Assembly: GCA_034520365.1 (NCBI GenBank)
Contig: JAXHNP010000005.1
Span: 6,474-70,473, forward strand
Direction: 5' to 3'
Source: Desulfobacterales bacterium
GTDB taxonomy: Bacteria; Desulfobacterota; Desulfobacteria; Desulfobacterales; Desulfosalsimonadaceae
DNA: 64,000 nucleotides
The notes under the pieces are model-generated. The model did not search any database and was not told the DNA's origin. It saw nothing but the letters and a program-made list of their open reading frames with translations. The position numbers and the translations under genes are program-made. Below are positions 30,022-39,294 of this stretch, piece after piece (the first letter of the stretch is position 1; each line of letters begins with the position of its first letter).

Positions 30022-33000
30022 CGGGAATCCGATGGCCTGAAATCCACGGTGCCGGATCAGGCGCCCCAGCATCAAAGCCGGCCCCATGCCCCGGCCGGCA
30101 ATCTCCGGACAGCGGAAGCCATTGAAAAATGGCTGAAAGAACGGCTGGCAAAAACCCTGCGGATTCTGCCGGAAGAAATTGATATTCGAACACCGTTTTC
30201 CCGCTACGGCCTGGACTCCGTCGAGGCGGTGGGTCTTGCCGGCGAACTTGAAACCCAGTTGAACAGACGTCTGCCGCCCACTCTGGCCTATGATTATCCG
30301 ACCATTGAAGCGCTTTCCAAACACCTGGCGGAGGGCCCGGAAACGGCTCCAGACCGCCAACAGCAGCCGGATTCCCATGCCGCGGCGAATCCGAGCATCG
30401 CCATTATCGGCATGGGCTGCCGCTTTCCCGGCGCGGACGGTCCGAAGGCCTTCTGGGATCTGATCCTCAATAAAATCAACGCGGTCACCGAAGTGCCGGC
30501 CGACCGCTGGGACCGGGAGGCGTTTTATGCTGAACAGGCCGGCACACCGGGCAAAATGAACACCCGGTGGGGCGGATTTTTAACGGATGTGGATCAATTT
30601 GATCCGAAATTCTTCGGCATTTCGCCGAGAGAGGCCACCCACATGGACCCCCAGCAGCGGCTTTTGCTGGAAACCGCCTGGGAAGCCCTGGAAAATGCCG
30701 CTCTTCCCGAAGAAAAAGTGGATGACACCCTGACCGGCGTATTTATCGGTATCAGCGGCAGCGACTACTCCCGGAATAATTTTAACACGCCGGCCGCCAT
30801 GGATGCCTATGCCGGCCCGGGAAACGCCCTTTGTATCGCCGCCAACCGGATTTCCTACTGGTTAAACCTCCATGGGCCCAGCTGGGCGGTGGACACCGCC
30901 TGTTCATCCTCCCTGGTCGCGCTTCACCAAGCCTGCCGGAGCCTTCGCACCGGCGAATGCGACATGGCCATTGCCGGGGGCGCCAACATGATTTTAAGCC
31001 CCCAGATTACCGTGAGTTTTTCGCAGGCCGGCATGATGGCGCCGGATGGCCGGTGCAAAAGCTTTGACGCGGATGCTGACGGATATGTGCGGGGCGAGGG
31101 CTGCGGGGTGGTGATCCTGAAGCGGTTTTCAGACGCGCTCGCAGATGGCGACGAAATCCTGGCGGTCATCCGCGGAACCGCCGTCAACCAGGACGGCCGC
31201 AGCAACAGCCTGACCGCGCCCAGCGGGCCGGCCCAGCAGCGCGTACTTAAAACCGCTCTTGCCGATGCGGGCGTTGACGCCCGCGAACTCGGCTATATCG
31301 AAGCCCACGGCACGGGAACCGCCATCGGCGATCCGATTGAACTGGGGAGCCTGAAAAACGTCGTTGCCAATGGTAGAAGCCCTGAGGATAGATGCTGGAT
31401 CGGATCCGTAAAATCAAACATCGGCCACCTTGAGGCCGCCTCCGGCACCGCCAGCTTGGCCAAGGCGGTGATGAGCATTCAAAACGGAATCATCCCGCCC
31501 AACCTGAATTACCGGACCCCCACCCCCCATGTCCCCCTTGACGATTCGCCGATTGACGTCCCCACCGAGAACCAATCATGGCCGGCGGACAGGCGCCGTT
31601 TGGCCGGAATCAGCAGCTTCGGCTTCGGCGGAACCAATGCCCACGTTATCATTGAAGAGGCCCCGATCCGGCGCAAGACAAAAACCGCCGCAGTACGCCC
31701 GTTTCACCTTTTAACCCTTTCGGCAAAAACCGATGCCGCGCTGCTTGAACTGGCCGACCGATACAGCCGCAGACTTTCCAAGCATCCGGATACATCTATC
31801 GGGGATTTATGCTATTCGGCAAACACCGGCCGAACCCATTTTGCCAACCGATTGGCCATAGGGGCTGCAACTGCCGGTGAATTAAAAGACAAACTGGCGG
31901 CTGCGGCCGCCGGCAATGCCGATACCGGCATCCTCTCCGGAAGCGCCGCCAAAAACAGCTCTTTGTCCGTGGTTTTTCTGTTTACCGGCCAGGGGGCCCA
32001 GTATCCCGGCATGGCCAAATCGCTTTTTGGCTCCCAGCCGGTCTTCCGGGAACATATCACGGCATGCGACGCCCTGCTTCGCCCGTATCTTGACGGATCG
32101 CTGATGGATGTAATTTTCGCCTCGTCTGAGGCGGCCGAAGAAATCCATCAGACCGGCTATACCCAGCCGGCGCTGTTTGCCGTTGAATACAGCCTGGCCC
32201 GGCTCTGGGAGTCCTGGGGGATCTTTCCCGCGGCCGTAATGGGGCACAGTGTGGGGGAATACGTGGCAGCCTGCCTTGCCGGCGTGTTTAGCCTTGAAGA
32301 CGGTTTGCGATTGATCGCGGCAAGGGGCCGGCTGATGCAGAGTTTGCCGGAAAACGGGGCGATGGCCGCCGTCATGGCAACCCGCGAGGCGGTTTCCCCG
32401 ATTCTGGAAAAATATGCGGACGATGTTTGCGTCGCTGCCTATAACGGGCCGAAAAGCATGGTTATTTCAGGCGTACAAAAACGCGTGGAAGCCGTTGTTC
32501 GTGAACTTTCCGCAGAAGGCATCCGATCTAAGCCCCTGTCCGTGTCACACGCGTTCCATTCTCCGCTGATGGCGCCGATTTTGGATGAATTCTCTGAAAC
32601 AGCAGCCGATATACAGTACGGTCCGCCGCAGATGCCATTGATTTCAAACCGGACGGGACGGCCCGTGGATGAAAACATCGCTTCGCCGCAATACTGGCGC
32701 CGCCATATCATGGAGCCGGTACAGTTCGCCCGGAGCATGGAGACCCTTTATGAATCCGGGCACCGGATGTTTCTCGAATGCGGGCCACATCCCGTGCTGC
32801 TGGGAATGGGGAGACAATGCATTCCGGACAAAGACTGCCTGTGGCTGCCAAGCCTCCGGCGGGGGCGTGCGGACTGGCAGCAGATGCTGACCAGCCTTGG
32901 CGAACTCTATGTGCGCGGCGCACGGATCAATTGGGACCAGGTGGACCAGGCCCATGCCGAACGGCGGGTGAATCTGCCGAATTACCCGTTTCAACGCAAA

Positions 33001-36000
33001 CGATACTGGCTTGAAGCCCGGCAGAATCCCGCCTCCGCCGCCCCGGACCATCAAGCCGACACCGTGCACCCCCTCCTGGGAAGGCAGGTCCCCACCGCTT
33101 TGTTAAAGAAAGAAGAAAGCCTTTACGAGTCCGTCATCAGTCCGGACAATCCGCCCTATCTCAAGGATCACAGGATCTTTGACCAGGTGATCTTTCCGGC
33201 GGCCGCTTATCTTGAAATGGGACTTTCCGCAGGCGCCCGGGCGCTTGACACCCAGTTCCTGTGCCTGGAAAACGTCTCGTTCCACCAGGCCTTGTTTCTG
33301 GACGAGAATGCCCCGCGGACGCTGCAGGTAGTGTTATCAGAAAATCCGGATGCCGCCGGCTACGGGTTCACCATCTATAGCCGTTCGCAACAAAACGGAG
33401 ATAATGCGCATTCGGATCAAGGCGACTGGATGCTTCATGCCGAGGGCGAAGTCCGCGAACTTCAGAGGGATGAATCAAACGAAAATATCGAAAACTGGGG
33501 ACAGGTCAAAACCGCTTTTACCGAGGAGGTCCCGATCCCCGCATTTTACTCCCGGCTGCGGCAACAGGGATTAAACTACGGCATCAATTTCCGGGGGATT
33601 GAACAATTATGGCGTAAAAACGGCAATGCCCTGGGCAAAATCGGGCTGCCGGCAAAACATCAGCAGCCGCCCGGCAGTTATATCTTCCCGCCCGCTCTTC
33701 TGGATGCCTGCTTTCAGTCCCTGGGCGGTGCCATGAATGGCGATACCGAGGCGACCCTTTTGCCGGTCGGTATAAAGCGGATGAATGTGCGCAAAATAAA
33801 CAGCGACGGTCTGTGGTGCCGGACGGGGCAAATTGCGGAAGCGGAGAAAAACAGTTTCAAAGCGGATCTCGATGTTCTGGATGACAGCGGCAATACCGCG
33901 GCCCGGGTCGAGGGGTTGACCCTGCGCAAGGTAGCACCCGAGATGCTGTTTACCGGCAGCCGGCCGAATACGGAGAACTGGCTCTATGAATTAAGCTGGA
34001 CAGGGCAGGAAAACCCGCTTGGTGAATCCCCCTTTGCCGAAGCGCCCGGCTTTTGGCTGCTTTTTGCAGACAGCACCCAATCGGTGCGAGAAGTTGCAGA
34101 CCGCTTGGAAACACGGGGCGCCGCATGCCTTTGCGTGACCCCGGGTAAAAATTTCAAGTACGATGCAAAGCGCTGTCACGCTACTGTTAATCCGGAATCA
34201 CCGGAGGATTTTAATCAGCTTCTTAGCCGGGCCGGCAAGCAGGAACTGCCGATTCAGGGCATTGTTTATATGTGGCAGGCCAAACCGGCTTCCGATGTTT
34301 CCGAAATTTTGACCCAAAACCCCCTGCTTGGCTGCGACAGTCTGCTGTACCTGGTCCGCTCACTGGCAACCACAGCCCATTCTCCCCGGCTCTGGATCAT
34401 CACACGCGGCAGCCAGGCCCCTGACGCACAAATGGACGCCCAAACGGACGCCCAAACGGAAGTTCCGGATCCCGGCCAGGCCCCCCTATGGGGACTGGGG
34501 CGGGTGATCGCCCTTGAACATCCGTCTCTTCACTGCACCCGGATTGACCTGGATCCAAATGAAAAATCCACAGATTCCGAAACCCTGGTCAACGCGCTGT
34601 GGCACCCGGATGCAGAGGACCAGATCGCTTTTCGCGGCGGCAGCCGTTTCGCGGCCCGCCTAACAGAATACCATAAAAATGACGGAAATAAAGCGGACAG
34701 CCTGTCTATTCCGGAATCCGCGTCGTATCGGCTGGCCACCCGTCAATACGGTATTCTGGAAAATCTGTACCTGGCGCCGCAGGACCGAGCCCAACCCGGG
34801 CCGGAGGAAGTCGAAATCCGGGTCTGCTCGGCCGGCTTAAACTTCCGGGATGTGTTAAATGCGCTTGGCATGTTGCAGCAGGCCGCCGAAGAACTCGGCA
34901 TTGAATCCGCGGAAGCCCTGCCGTTCGGCGGGGAATGCACCGGCGTTGTCGCCGCGGTGGGCAGGAATGTCAAACGGTTCAAGCCCGGGGATGAAGTCAT
35001 CGGGGCCTTTGCCGTAGGCAGCCTTGCCCGGTTTGTCTGTGTGGATCAGGCGTATGTGGCCTTAAAGCCGGAGAATATAACCTTTGACGAAGCCGCCACC
35101 CTTCCCGTCACGTTCCTGACGGCATGGTACGGCTTGTACCGGCTGGCCGGATTAAAGTCCGGGGAGAGCGTTCTGATTCATTCCGCCGCCGGCGGGGTGG
35201 GCCAGGCCGCCATCCAGCTGGCCCAAAAGGCGGGCGCCGAAATATTTGCAACAGCCAGCCCGGGCAAATGGGAGTTCTTAAAATCCAGGGGCGTAGCGCA
35301 CGTAATGAATTCCCGCACCCTTGATTTTGCCGATGAAATCCAAACCCTGACAAACGGCAGGGGCGTTGATGTGGTATTTAACAGTCTGAACGGGGACTTC
35401 ATTGAAAAATCGCTTTCCGTTGCCGCCGAAGGCGCGCGGTTCGTGGAGATCGGCAAAATCGGTATCTGGGATGAGGCCCGGATGAACCGGGCGCGTCCGG
35501 ATGTCGCCTATTATCCGTTCGACCTGATTGAAGTTGCCGGAAAACGCCCGGAAGCAGTCACTGACATGCTATCCGAAATAATGGCCCGTATAACCGAAGA
35601 ACAACTCAATGCATTGCCCTGCAAGGTGTATCCCCTGGAAAACACGGTAAACGCCTTCCGGTTCATGGCCCAGGCCAAGCACATCGGAAAAGTCGTCATC
35701 TCGCTTGCCCCCAAAGATGTTGAGTCAGAAAAAGCAATGGTTCATGATACCGCCTGCTACCTGATTACCGGCGGCTATGGCGCCATCGGTCTTCAGGCCG
35801 CCCGTTGGCTTGCGGAAAAAGGGGCGCGGCATCTGGTGCTTATCGGCCGCAGCGGGCCATCACCAGAAGCGGAAAAGGAAATCGAAGGATTGACCCAGGC
35901 CGGGGTGCACGTTTTCCAGGCCCGGGCGGATGTCTCCCGCCGCGAGGATCTCTACGGTGTTCTGGCATCGATAAAAACAAATATGCCGCCGCTTAAGGGA

Positions 36001-37611
36001 ATCATCCATGCCGCCGGCCTGCTGGAAGACGGCATGCTGGCCAACCTGTCCAGGGATGCATTTGACCGTGTGATGGCGCCGAAAGTGGCCGGCGCCTGGC
36101 ACTTGCATCAGCTTACCCGCGAGATGGGACTCGATTTTTTTGTTCTTTTCTCATCCGCGGCAGCCCTTCTGGGGTCACCGGGCCAGGGCAACTATGCCGC
36201 AGCCAATGCCTTCATGGATGCACTGGCCCATTATCGGAAAAGCCAGGGACGGCCCGCATTAAGCGTGAATTGGGGCCCCTGGGCCGGGGCCGGGATGGCG
36301 GCGGATAGCTCCGGAGCGGCATTTTCAGGAATGGATAGAATCCCCCCGGACAATGGATTGGACATACTGGACCGGCTGCTTGCCGAGGATGCGGTCCAGG
36401 CCGGTGTCCTGCCCATCAATTGGCCCGAGTTTCTGGACCGGTTTCCCGAAAATCTGACGCCGCCGGTTTTCAAAAATTTCACCAACCGCCGAAAGCAAAA
36501 GAGCACCGGCAACTCCGCCGTTGTTCAGGAAATATCCGAGGCCCCGCCGGCGGCGCGCCGGGATATCATCGCCCGGTACCTGACGGATCGCGTATCCCAC
36601 GTGCTGGGTCTTTCCGATGATGTCCCGCTTGACCCTGAACAGCCGTTAAAGGAAACCGGCCTGGATTCATTGATGGCGGTTGAACTCAACAATATAATCC
36701 AGACCGATCTCGATGTGGGCCTGACAGCTGAAAATTTTATGGAGAACCCGAGCATCGCCATGCTCTCGGAAACCATTCACCAGCTTCTCGAGTCCGCGGG
36801 CCGGTTCAAATCCGATGCGCCCAAAGAAAATGATCAAACAACACCGCACGGGCAGACGGCTTCAACCCCCGAATCAAACGGCTGGCTGGCCTACCGCAAG
36901 GAGAAACCGGACGCCCTGATCAACCTCTTCTGCTTCCACCATATGGGGGGCGCGGCCTCCCTGTTTCAGGGCTGGCCGGAGGAATTGGCGGATGCCATTG
37001 ATGTGTGCCCGGTACAGCTCCCGGGACGGGAGGGGAGACGGCATGAAAAAACCTTCGACAGGTTCGACCATCTAATCGAGGCCCTGCTGGAGATGATTCA
37101 ACCCCACCTCGACCGGCCTTTTGCATTTTTCGGCCACAGTATGGGGACATGGATCGCCTATGAACTCACTCATGCCATCAGACAAAAGATCGGCCAATCC
37201 CCCGTCCACCTTTTTGCTGCCGCTATGCCGCCGCCTTGCGAAAACGGGGCATTTATGAAGAATAGACCCATTGATGAATCCTTGATGCCGCACATGGAAA
37301 TTCCCGAGCCGTTGCGGGGTGATGATACTTTCATGAACGAATGGCTGAACCTTTTTAATGCCGATGCCGGATTGTTTCAAACCTACCACTGCCAGGTTAA
37401 GCCGGCGCTTGACTGCCCGATAACCGCTTTTGGGGGGGCATCGGATGAACTGGTGAGCCGTGCGGATCTTTCCGCCTGGCACCAGTATACCTCGGATACC
37501 TTCAGGCTTCAGCTTATGCCCGGCCAGCACATGTTTCCCGTCGGAAGCAGAAACCGCTTAATGGCGGCGATTAAGCAGGATTTGACGCCGTTTCTCTATT
37601 CCGGGCATTAA
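28267..37611 (+). CDS. Type I polyketide/fatty-acid megasynthase: FAAL-ACP-KS-AT-DH-ER-KR-ACP-TE (3114 aa)
   Basis: All domains were identified from motifs in frame. AMP-binding YTSGSTGIPKG (about 28810). ACP1 GLDS Ser 30217-30219. KS DTACSSS Cys 30901-30903 plus EAHGTGT and KSNIGH. AT GHSVG Ser 32248-32250 and HAFH 32548-32559. DH HxxxGxxxxP His 33169-33171. ER HSAAGGVGQAA (about 35179). KR TGGYGAIG (35767-35790) and catalytic Tyr 36193-36195. ACP2 GLDS Ser 36667-36669. TE GHSMG Ser 37138-37140. Strong AAGGAGG Shine-Dalgarno. Confidence 0.95.
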   Translation: MDGISGAYPEFVDSIDSFSELLQYRAKDAPDRLLFTYLEDGENESAQMTYRDLDQKARAIAAELLSVCRPGDRALLLYLPDLNYIAGFMGCLYAGIIAVPAYPPDPSRLAQTLPRLKGIIEDSGAKIALSTQLVVGFAQDLFEKEAALKNIQWLATDDLPAEPVSSYELPALTPDYLAFLQYTSGSTGIPKGVMVSHGNLLKNAALIQAGFEDTPETFGVSWLPPYHDMGLIGGILQPIYLGAGTVLMSPMMFLQKPFRWLSAISKYRATTSGGPNFAYDLCARKVTPEEKKQLDLSCWQLAFNGAEPVREETLTAFAEAFSECGFKMEAFYPCYGMAETTLFVAGGQKGVRPRQTAINSSALQCHRAEKNPESGDAKKTLVSSGQAKSPEQIIIADPETFRRCPDGAVGEIWVAGPNVARGYWNQPIATEETFHAYLADTGEGPFLRTGDLGFLEGEDLYVTGRIKDLIIIRGRNYYPQDVELIAEKSHTVLRPGCGAAFPVDVEGEERLALAYEIRDKEIGQQETNEIINAIHQAVLDAAALNVYAIWLLQPRSIPKTSSGKLRRHACREGYLSDTLDVIAKWRESDGLKSTVPDQAPQHQSRPHAPAGNLRTAEAIEKWLKERLAKTLRILPEEIDIRTPFSRYGLDSVEAVGLAGELETQLNRRLPPTLAYDYPTIEALSKHLAEGPETAPDRQQQPDSHAAANPSIAIIGMGCRFPGADGPKAFWDLILNKINAVTEVPADRWDREAFYAEQAGTPGKMNTRWGGFLTDVDQFDPKFFGISPREATHMDPQQRLLLETAWEALENAALPEEKVDDTLTGVFIGISGSDYSRNNFNTPAAMDAYAGPGNALCIAANRISYWLNLHGPSWAVDTACSSSLVALHQACRSLRTGECDMAIAGGANMILSPQITVSFSQAGMMAPDGRCKSFDADADGYVRGEGCGVVILKRFSDALADGDEILAVIRGTAVNQDGRSNSLTAPSGPAQQRVLKTALADAGVDARELGYIEAHGTGTAIGDPIELGSLKNVVANGRSPEDRCWIGSVKSNIGHLEAASGTASLAKAVMSIQNGIIPPNLNYRTPTPHVPLDDSPIDVPTENQSWPADRRRLAGISSFGFGGTNAHVIIEEAPIRRKTKTAAVRPFHLLTLSAKTDAALLELADRYSRRLSKHPDTSIGDLCYSANTGRTHFANRLAIGAATAGELKDKLAAAAAGNADTGILSGSAAKNSSLSVVFLFTGQGAQYPGMAKSLFGSQPVFREHITACDALLRPYLDGSLMDVIFASSEAAEEIHQTGYTQPALFAVEYSLARLWESWGIFPAAVMGHSVGEYVAACLAGVFSLEDGLRLIAARGRLMQSLPENGAMAAVMATREAVSPILEKYADDVCVAAYNGPKSMVISGVQKRVEAVVRELSAEGIRSKPLSVSHAFHSPLMAPILDEFSETAADIQYGPPQMPLISNRTGRPVDENIASPQYWRRHIMEPVQFARSMETLYESGHRMFLECGPHPVLLGMGRQCIPDKDCLWLPSLRRGRADWQQMLTSLGELYVRGARINWDQVDQAHAERRVNLPNYPFQRKRYWLEARQNPASAAPDHQADTVHPLLGRQVPTALLKKEESLYESVISPDNPPYLKDHRIFDQVIFPAAAYLEMGLSAGARALDTQFLCLENVSFHQALFLDENAPRTLQVVLSENPDAAGYGFTIYSRSQQNGDNAHSDQGDWMLHAEGEVRELQRDESNENIENWGQVKTAFTEEVPIPAFYSRLRQQGLNYGINFRGIEQLWRKNGNALGKIGLPAKHQQPPGSYIFPPALLDACFQSLGGAMNGDTEATLLPVGIKRMNVRKINSDGLWCRTGQIAEAEKNSFKADLDVLDDSGNTAARVEGLTLRKVAPEMLFTGSRPNTENWLYELSWTGQENPLGESPFAEAPGFWLLFADSTQSVREVADRLETRGAACLCVTPGKNFKYDAKRCHATVNPESPEDFNQLLSRAGKQELPIQGIVYMWQAKPASDVSEILTQNPLLGCDSLLYLVRSLATTAHSPRLWIITRGSQAPDAQMDAQTDAQTEVPDPGQAPLWGLGRVIALEHPSLHCTRIDLDPNEKSTDSETLVNALWHPDAEDQIAFRGGSRFAARLTEYHKNDGNKADSLSIPESASYRLATRQYGILENLYLAPQDRAQPGPEEVEIRVCSAGLNFRDVLNALGMLQQAAEELGIESAEALPFGGECTGVVAAVGRNVKRFKPGDEVIGAFAVGSLARFVCVDQAYVALKPENITFDEAATLPVTFLTAWYGLYRLAGLKSGESVLIHSAAGGVGQAAIQLAQKAGAEIFATASPGKWEFLKSRGVAHVMNSRTLDFADEIQTLTNGRGVDVVFNSLNGDFIEKSLSVAAEGARFVEIGKIGIWDEARMNRARPDVAYYPFDLIEVAGKRPEAVTDMLSEIMARITEEQLNALPCKVYPLENTVNAFRFMAQAKHIGKVVISLAPKDVESEKAMVHDTACYLITGGYGAIGLQAARWLAEKGARHLVLIGRSGPSPEAEKEIEGLTQAGVHVFQARADVSRREDLYGVLASIKTNMPPLKGIIHAAGLLEDGMLANLSRDAFDRVMAPKVAGAWHLHQLTREMGLDFFVLFSSAAALLGSPGQGNYAAANAFMDALAHYRKSQGRPALSVNWGPWAGAGMAADSSGAAFSGMDRIPPDNGLDILDRLLAEDAVQAGVLPINWPEFLDRFPENLTPPVFKNFTNRRKQKSTGNSAVVQEISEAPPAARRDIIARYLTDRVSHVLGLSDDVPLDPEQPLKETGLDSLMAVELNNIIQTDLDVGLTAENFMENPSIAMLSETIHQLLESAGRFKSDAPKENDQTTPHGQTASTPESNGWLAYRKEKPDALINLFCFHHMGGAASLFQGWPEELADAIDVCPVQLPGREGRRHEKTFDRFDHLIEALLEMIQPHLDRPFAFFGHSMGTWIAYELTHAIRQKIGQSPVHLFAAAMPPPCENGAFMKNRPIDESLMPHMEIPEPLRGDDTFMNEWLNLFNADAGLFQTYHCQVKPALDCPITAFGGASDELVSRADLSAWHQYTSDTFRLQLMPGQHMFPVGSRNRLMAAIKQDLTPFLYSGH
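30118..30352 (+). other. PKS domain: ACP1 (approximate limits)
   Basis: RYGLDSVEAVGL phosphopantetheine site. Confidence 0.8.
30397..31665 (+). other. PKS domain: ketosynthase
   Basis: IAIIGMGCRFPG start, C-H-H triad motifs, GTNAHVIIEE end. Confidence 0.9.
31969..32990 (+). other. PKS domain: acyltransferase (malonyl-type HAFH motif)
   Basis: FLFTGQGAQYPGM, GHSVGEY, SHAFHS. Confidence 0.85.
33067..33950 (+). other. PKS domain: dehydratase (approximate limits)
   Basis: HPLLG...LKDHRIFDQVIFPAAAYLEM. Confidence 0.75.
34740..35715 (+). other. PKS domain: enoylreductase (MDR type)
   Basis: EVEIRVCSAGLNFRDV, LIHSAAGGVGQAAIQLAQ, IGKVVISL. Confidence 0.85.
35758..36290 (+). other. PKS domain: ketoreductase (catalytic subdomain)
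   Basis: YLITGGYGAIGL, SSAAALLGSPGQGNYAAANAF. Confidence 0.85.
36559..36787 (+). other. PKS domain: ACP2 (approximate limits)
   Basis: ETGLDSLMAVEL. Confidence 0.8.
36900..37608 (+). other. PKS domain: C-terminal thioesterase (type II/GrsT-like alpha/beta hydrolase)
   Basis: LFCFHHMGGAASLF, FFGHSMGTWIAYE, and a C-terminal GQHMF His region. Confidence 0.8.
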
Positions 37612-37619
37612 AAAGCAGC

Positions 37620-38231
37620 CTACGCCCGGGCCTGGGAAAAACTTTTGGGCACGCCTTCATAGGGGGTTCGCTTCTTGGATTTGAGCGTCCTGGGATCCCG
37701 CATGGTTTTAAGAATTTCGATGCTGTCCTTTAAGCCTTTATGAAGCCTTGCCATATCAATAGCCATAGCGGTCATATTAGCCACCGCCTGGACAAAATTC
37801 ACGTCATCCATGTCAAAATCCACCGGCTCCGCGGTATACACCCGAAGCGCGCCGATAATCCGGTCGGCAGTGGTCATGGGCACTGAAAGTATGGACGCAA
37901 TCCCCTCCTTTTTAGCCTCATCCGGATACTGAATCCGCGGATCATCCGATACATCGCCGATGGCCACCGGACCTTCGCTCAAAGATTCGGCAATGGAATG
38001 CATGGCGCTGACCGGGCCTTTGTTGAGATACTCCTTGCTAAGACCAAAGGATGCGGCGATTTCCAGTTCATTGGTATGCCGATTGATCAGAAAAATGCTG
38101 CATCCCTTGACATTCAGCGCATGGGCAATGCTTTCTGCAGTCAACAGCACCACTTCCTCCGGGTCCCGGGAATGGGAGATGGAATTGGTGATTTTGAGCA
38201 GGGTTTCGTAATTGACGACTTGTTTTTTCAT
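37620..38231 (-). CDS. Stand-alone GAF domain protein
   Basis: A single GAF fold (LLKITNSISHSRDPEEVV...GALRVYTAEP) with no output domain. Start trimmed to ATG 38231 (MKKQ), preceded by GGAGG. Convergent with the PKS; the stops are 8 nt apart. Confidence 0.75.
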   Translation of the reverse strand: MKKQVVNYETLLKITNSISHSRDPEEVVLLTAESIAHALNVKGCSIFLINRHTNELEIAASFGLSKEYLNKGPVSAMHSIAESLSEGPVAIGDVSDDPRIQYPDEAKKEGIASILSVPMTTADRIIGALRVYTAEPVDFDMDDVNFVQAVANMTAMAIDMARLHKGLKDSIEILKTMRDPRTLKSKKRTPYEGVPKSFSQARA

Positions 38232-38424
38232 GGTGTGACCTCCTTGTGGACGGTTGCAATTTATGGCTTGAGCCATAAACCGGATAAAAATCTTTCATGT
38301 GGCAGCCGCTGGGCCAATACGGATCAGAACAAAACAGAACCAACCGGAAACCCTCAGCCGGTTAAACAGAAGAAGCAAAGAAAGCTTCGGATTCAGAATC
38401 CGGAGAAGAAGAGCTGATTGAGAA

Positions 38425-38883
38425 TTATGAAGAAAAGACTTTTGTCAAATAAAACACGTACAAACCAGCCAGAAAGCCTTGGAACGTGCCCCATGAGATA
38501 TCAATCAGCGTAATCGGCAGCGGGTAGTCCTTTACAAACGAAAGGTTGGTGAGATCATAGGTACAGTAGAGCACGAATCCGGCGAAGGCCCCAACCCCCA
38601 GGGCTGCGCCCAGGGTATTTTGTATAAGCAGGATTAGGGAAATAAAAACCACCAGTCCAAGCGCGATAATCACCTGGACAAGCAGTCCCGCCGGCAGATT
38701 GAAAACGATCCGTCCATTTTCCACTGCGGCCAGATAGCCCAAATGCTTGAAATAAATGCCCCGGGCCACCACGGAGAGCCAGAGCAGATCCAGGATGATG
38801 AAAATGGGAATGGATAAAATGGCCACCTTGAAAAATGTTGACGTCAAAAAATACTGCATGGCTTTTTCCTCGGCCCGGTTCAT
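38425..38883 (-). CDS. DUF2177-family membrane protein
   Basis: Four TM helices and an ILDLLWLSVVARGIY motif. An alternative, better-placed start is ATG 38859 (MQYFL), after GAGGA. Confidence 0.65.
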   Translation of the reverse strand: MNRAEEKAMQYFLTSTFFKVAILSIPIFIILDLLWLSVVARGIYFKHLGYLAAVENGRIVFNLPAGLLVQVIIALGLVVFISLILLIQNTLGAALGVGAFAGFVLYCTYDLTNLSFVKDYPLPITLIDISWGTFQGFLAGLYVFYLTKVFSS

Positions 38884-39047
38884 GGTTTATATCTTTAATA
38901 TATTCCTGTCTGCCGGACCGGTCAAATTTTACGCATTTTAATTCGATTATACAAAAATTTCGCATGCTGATGCATTATTTCGGTTTGACCTTTAAGCCGA
39001 CGGATCTACATTATAATAAATGTCATTAATTTTAGCCTTCCGCCGCT

Positions 39048-39127
39048 GTCATTTCGAGGAACGACAGTGACGAGAAATCTTAAAAAATCATCAAATTATA
39101 AAATTTCTCGCTGGCGCTCGAAATGAC
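39048..39127. repeat. Nested imperfect palindrome (REP/MITE-like) in a divergent intergenic region
   Basis: Outer arms GTCATTTCGAG (39048-39058) / CTCGAAATGAC (39117-39127). Inner arms CGAGAAAT (39071-39078) / ATTTCTCG (39103-39110). AT-rich loop. Confidence 0.8.
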
Positions 39128-39294
39128 AACCGAGCCGATTTTCAACCTTAAATCAATGTGGCATTGACATTATACTCAATGTCGTGAACTGGAGAAGGTC
39201 GGGATGAGGGTAAAAATGGCTTAAGCGAATGGTTTTGACATTATACCTGAATACGCCCTCAATTTAGGGGCAAATATTAATGTGTGAGGCGCGG

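Noticed and set aside
34423-34458. Three 12-nt tandem units (GACGCMCAAAYG; DAQM-DAQT-DAQT) inside the PKS
   Set aside because: They lie in the DH-ER interdomain linker. This is in-frame low-complexity linker expansion with no functional implication I can support.
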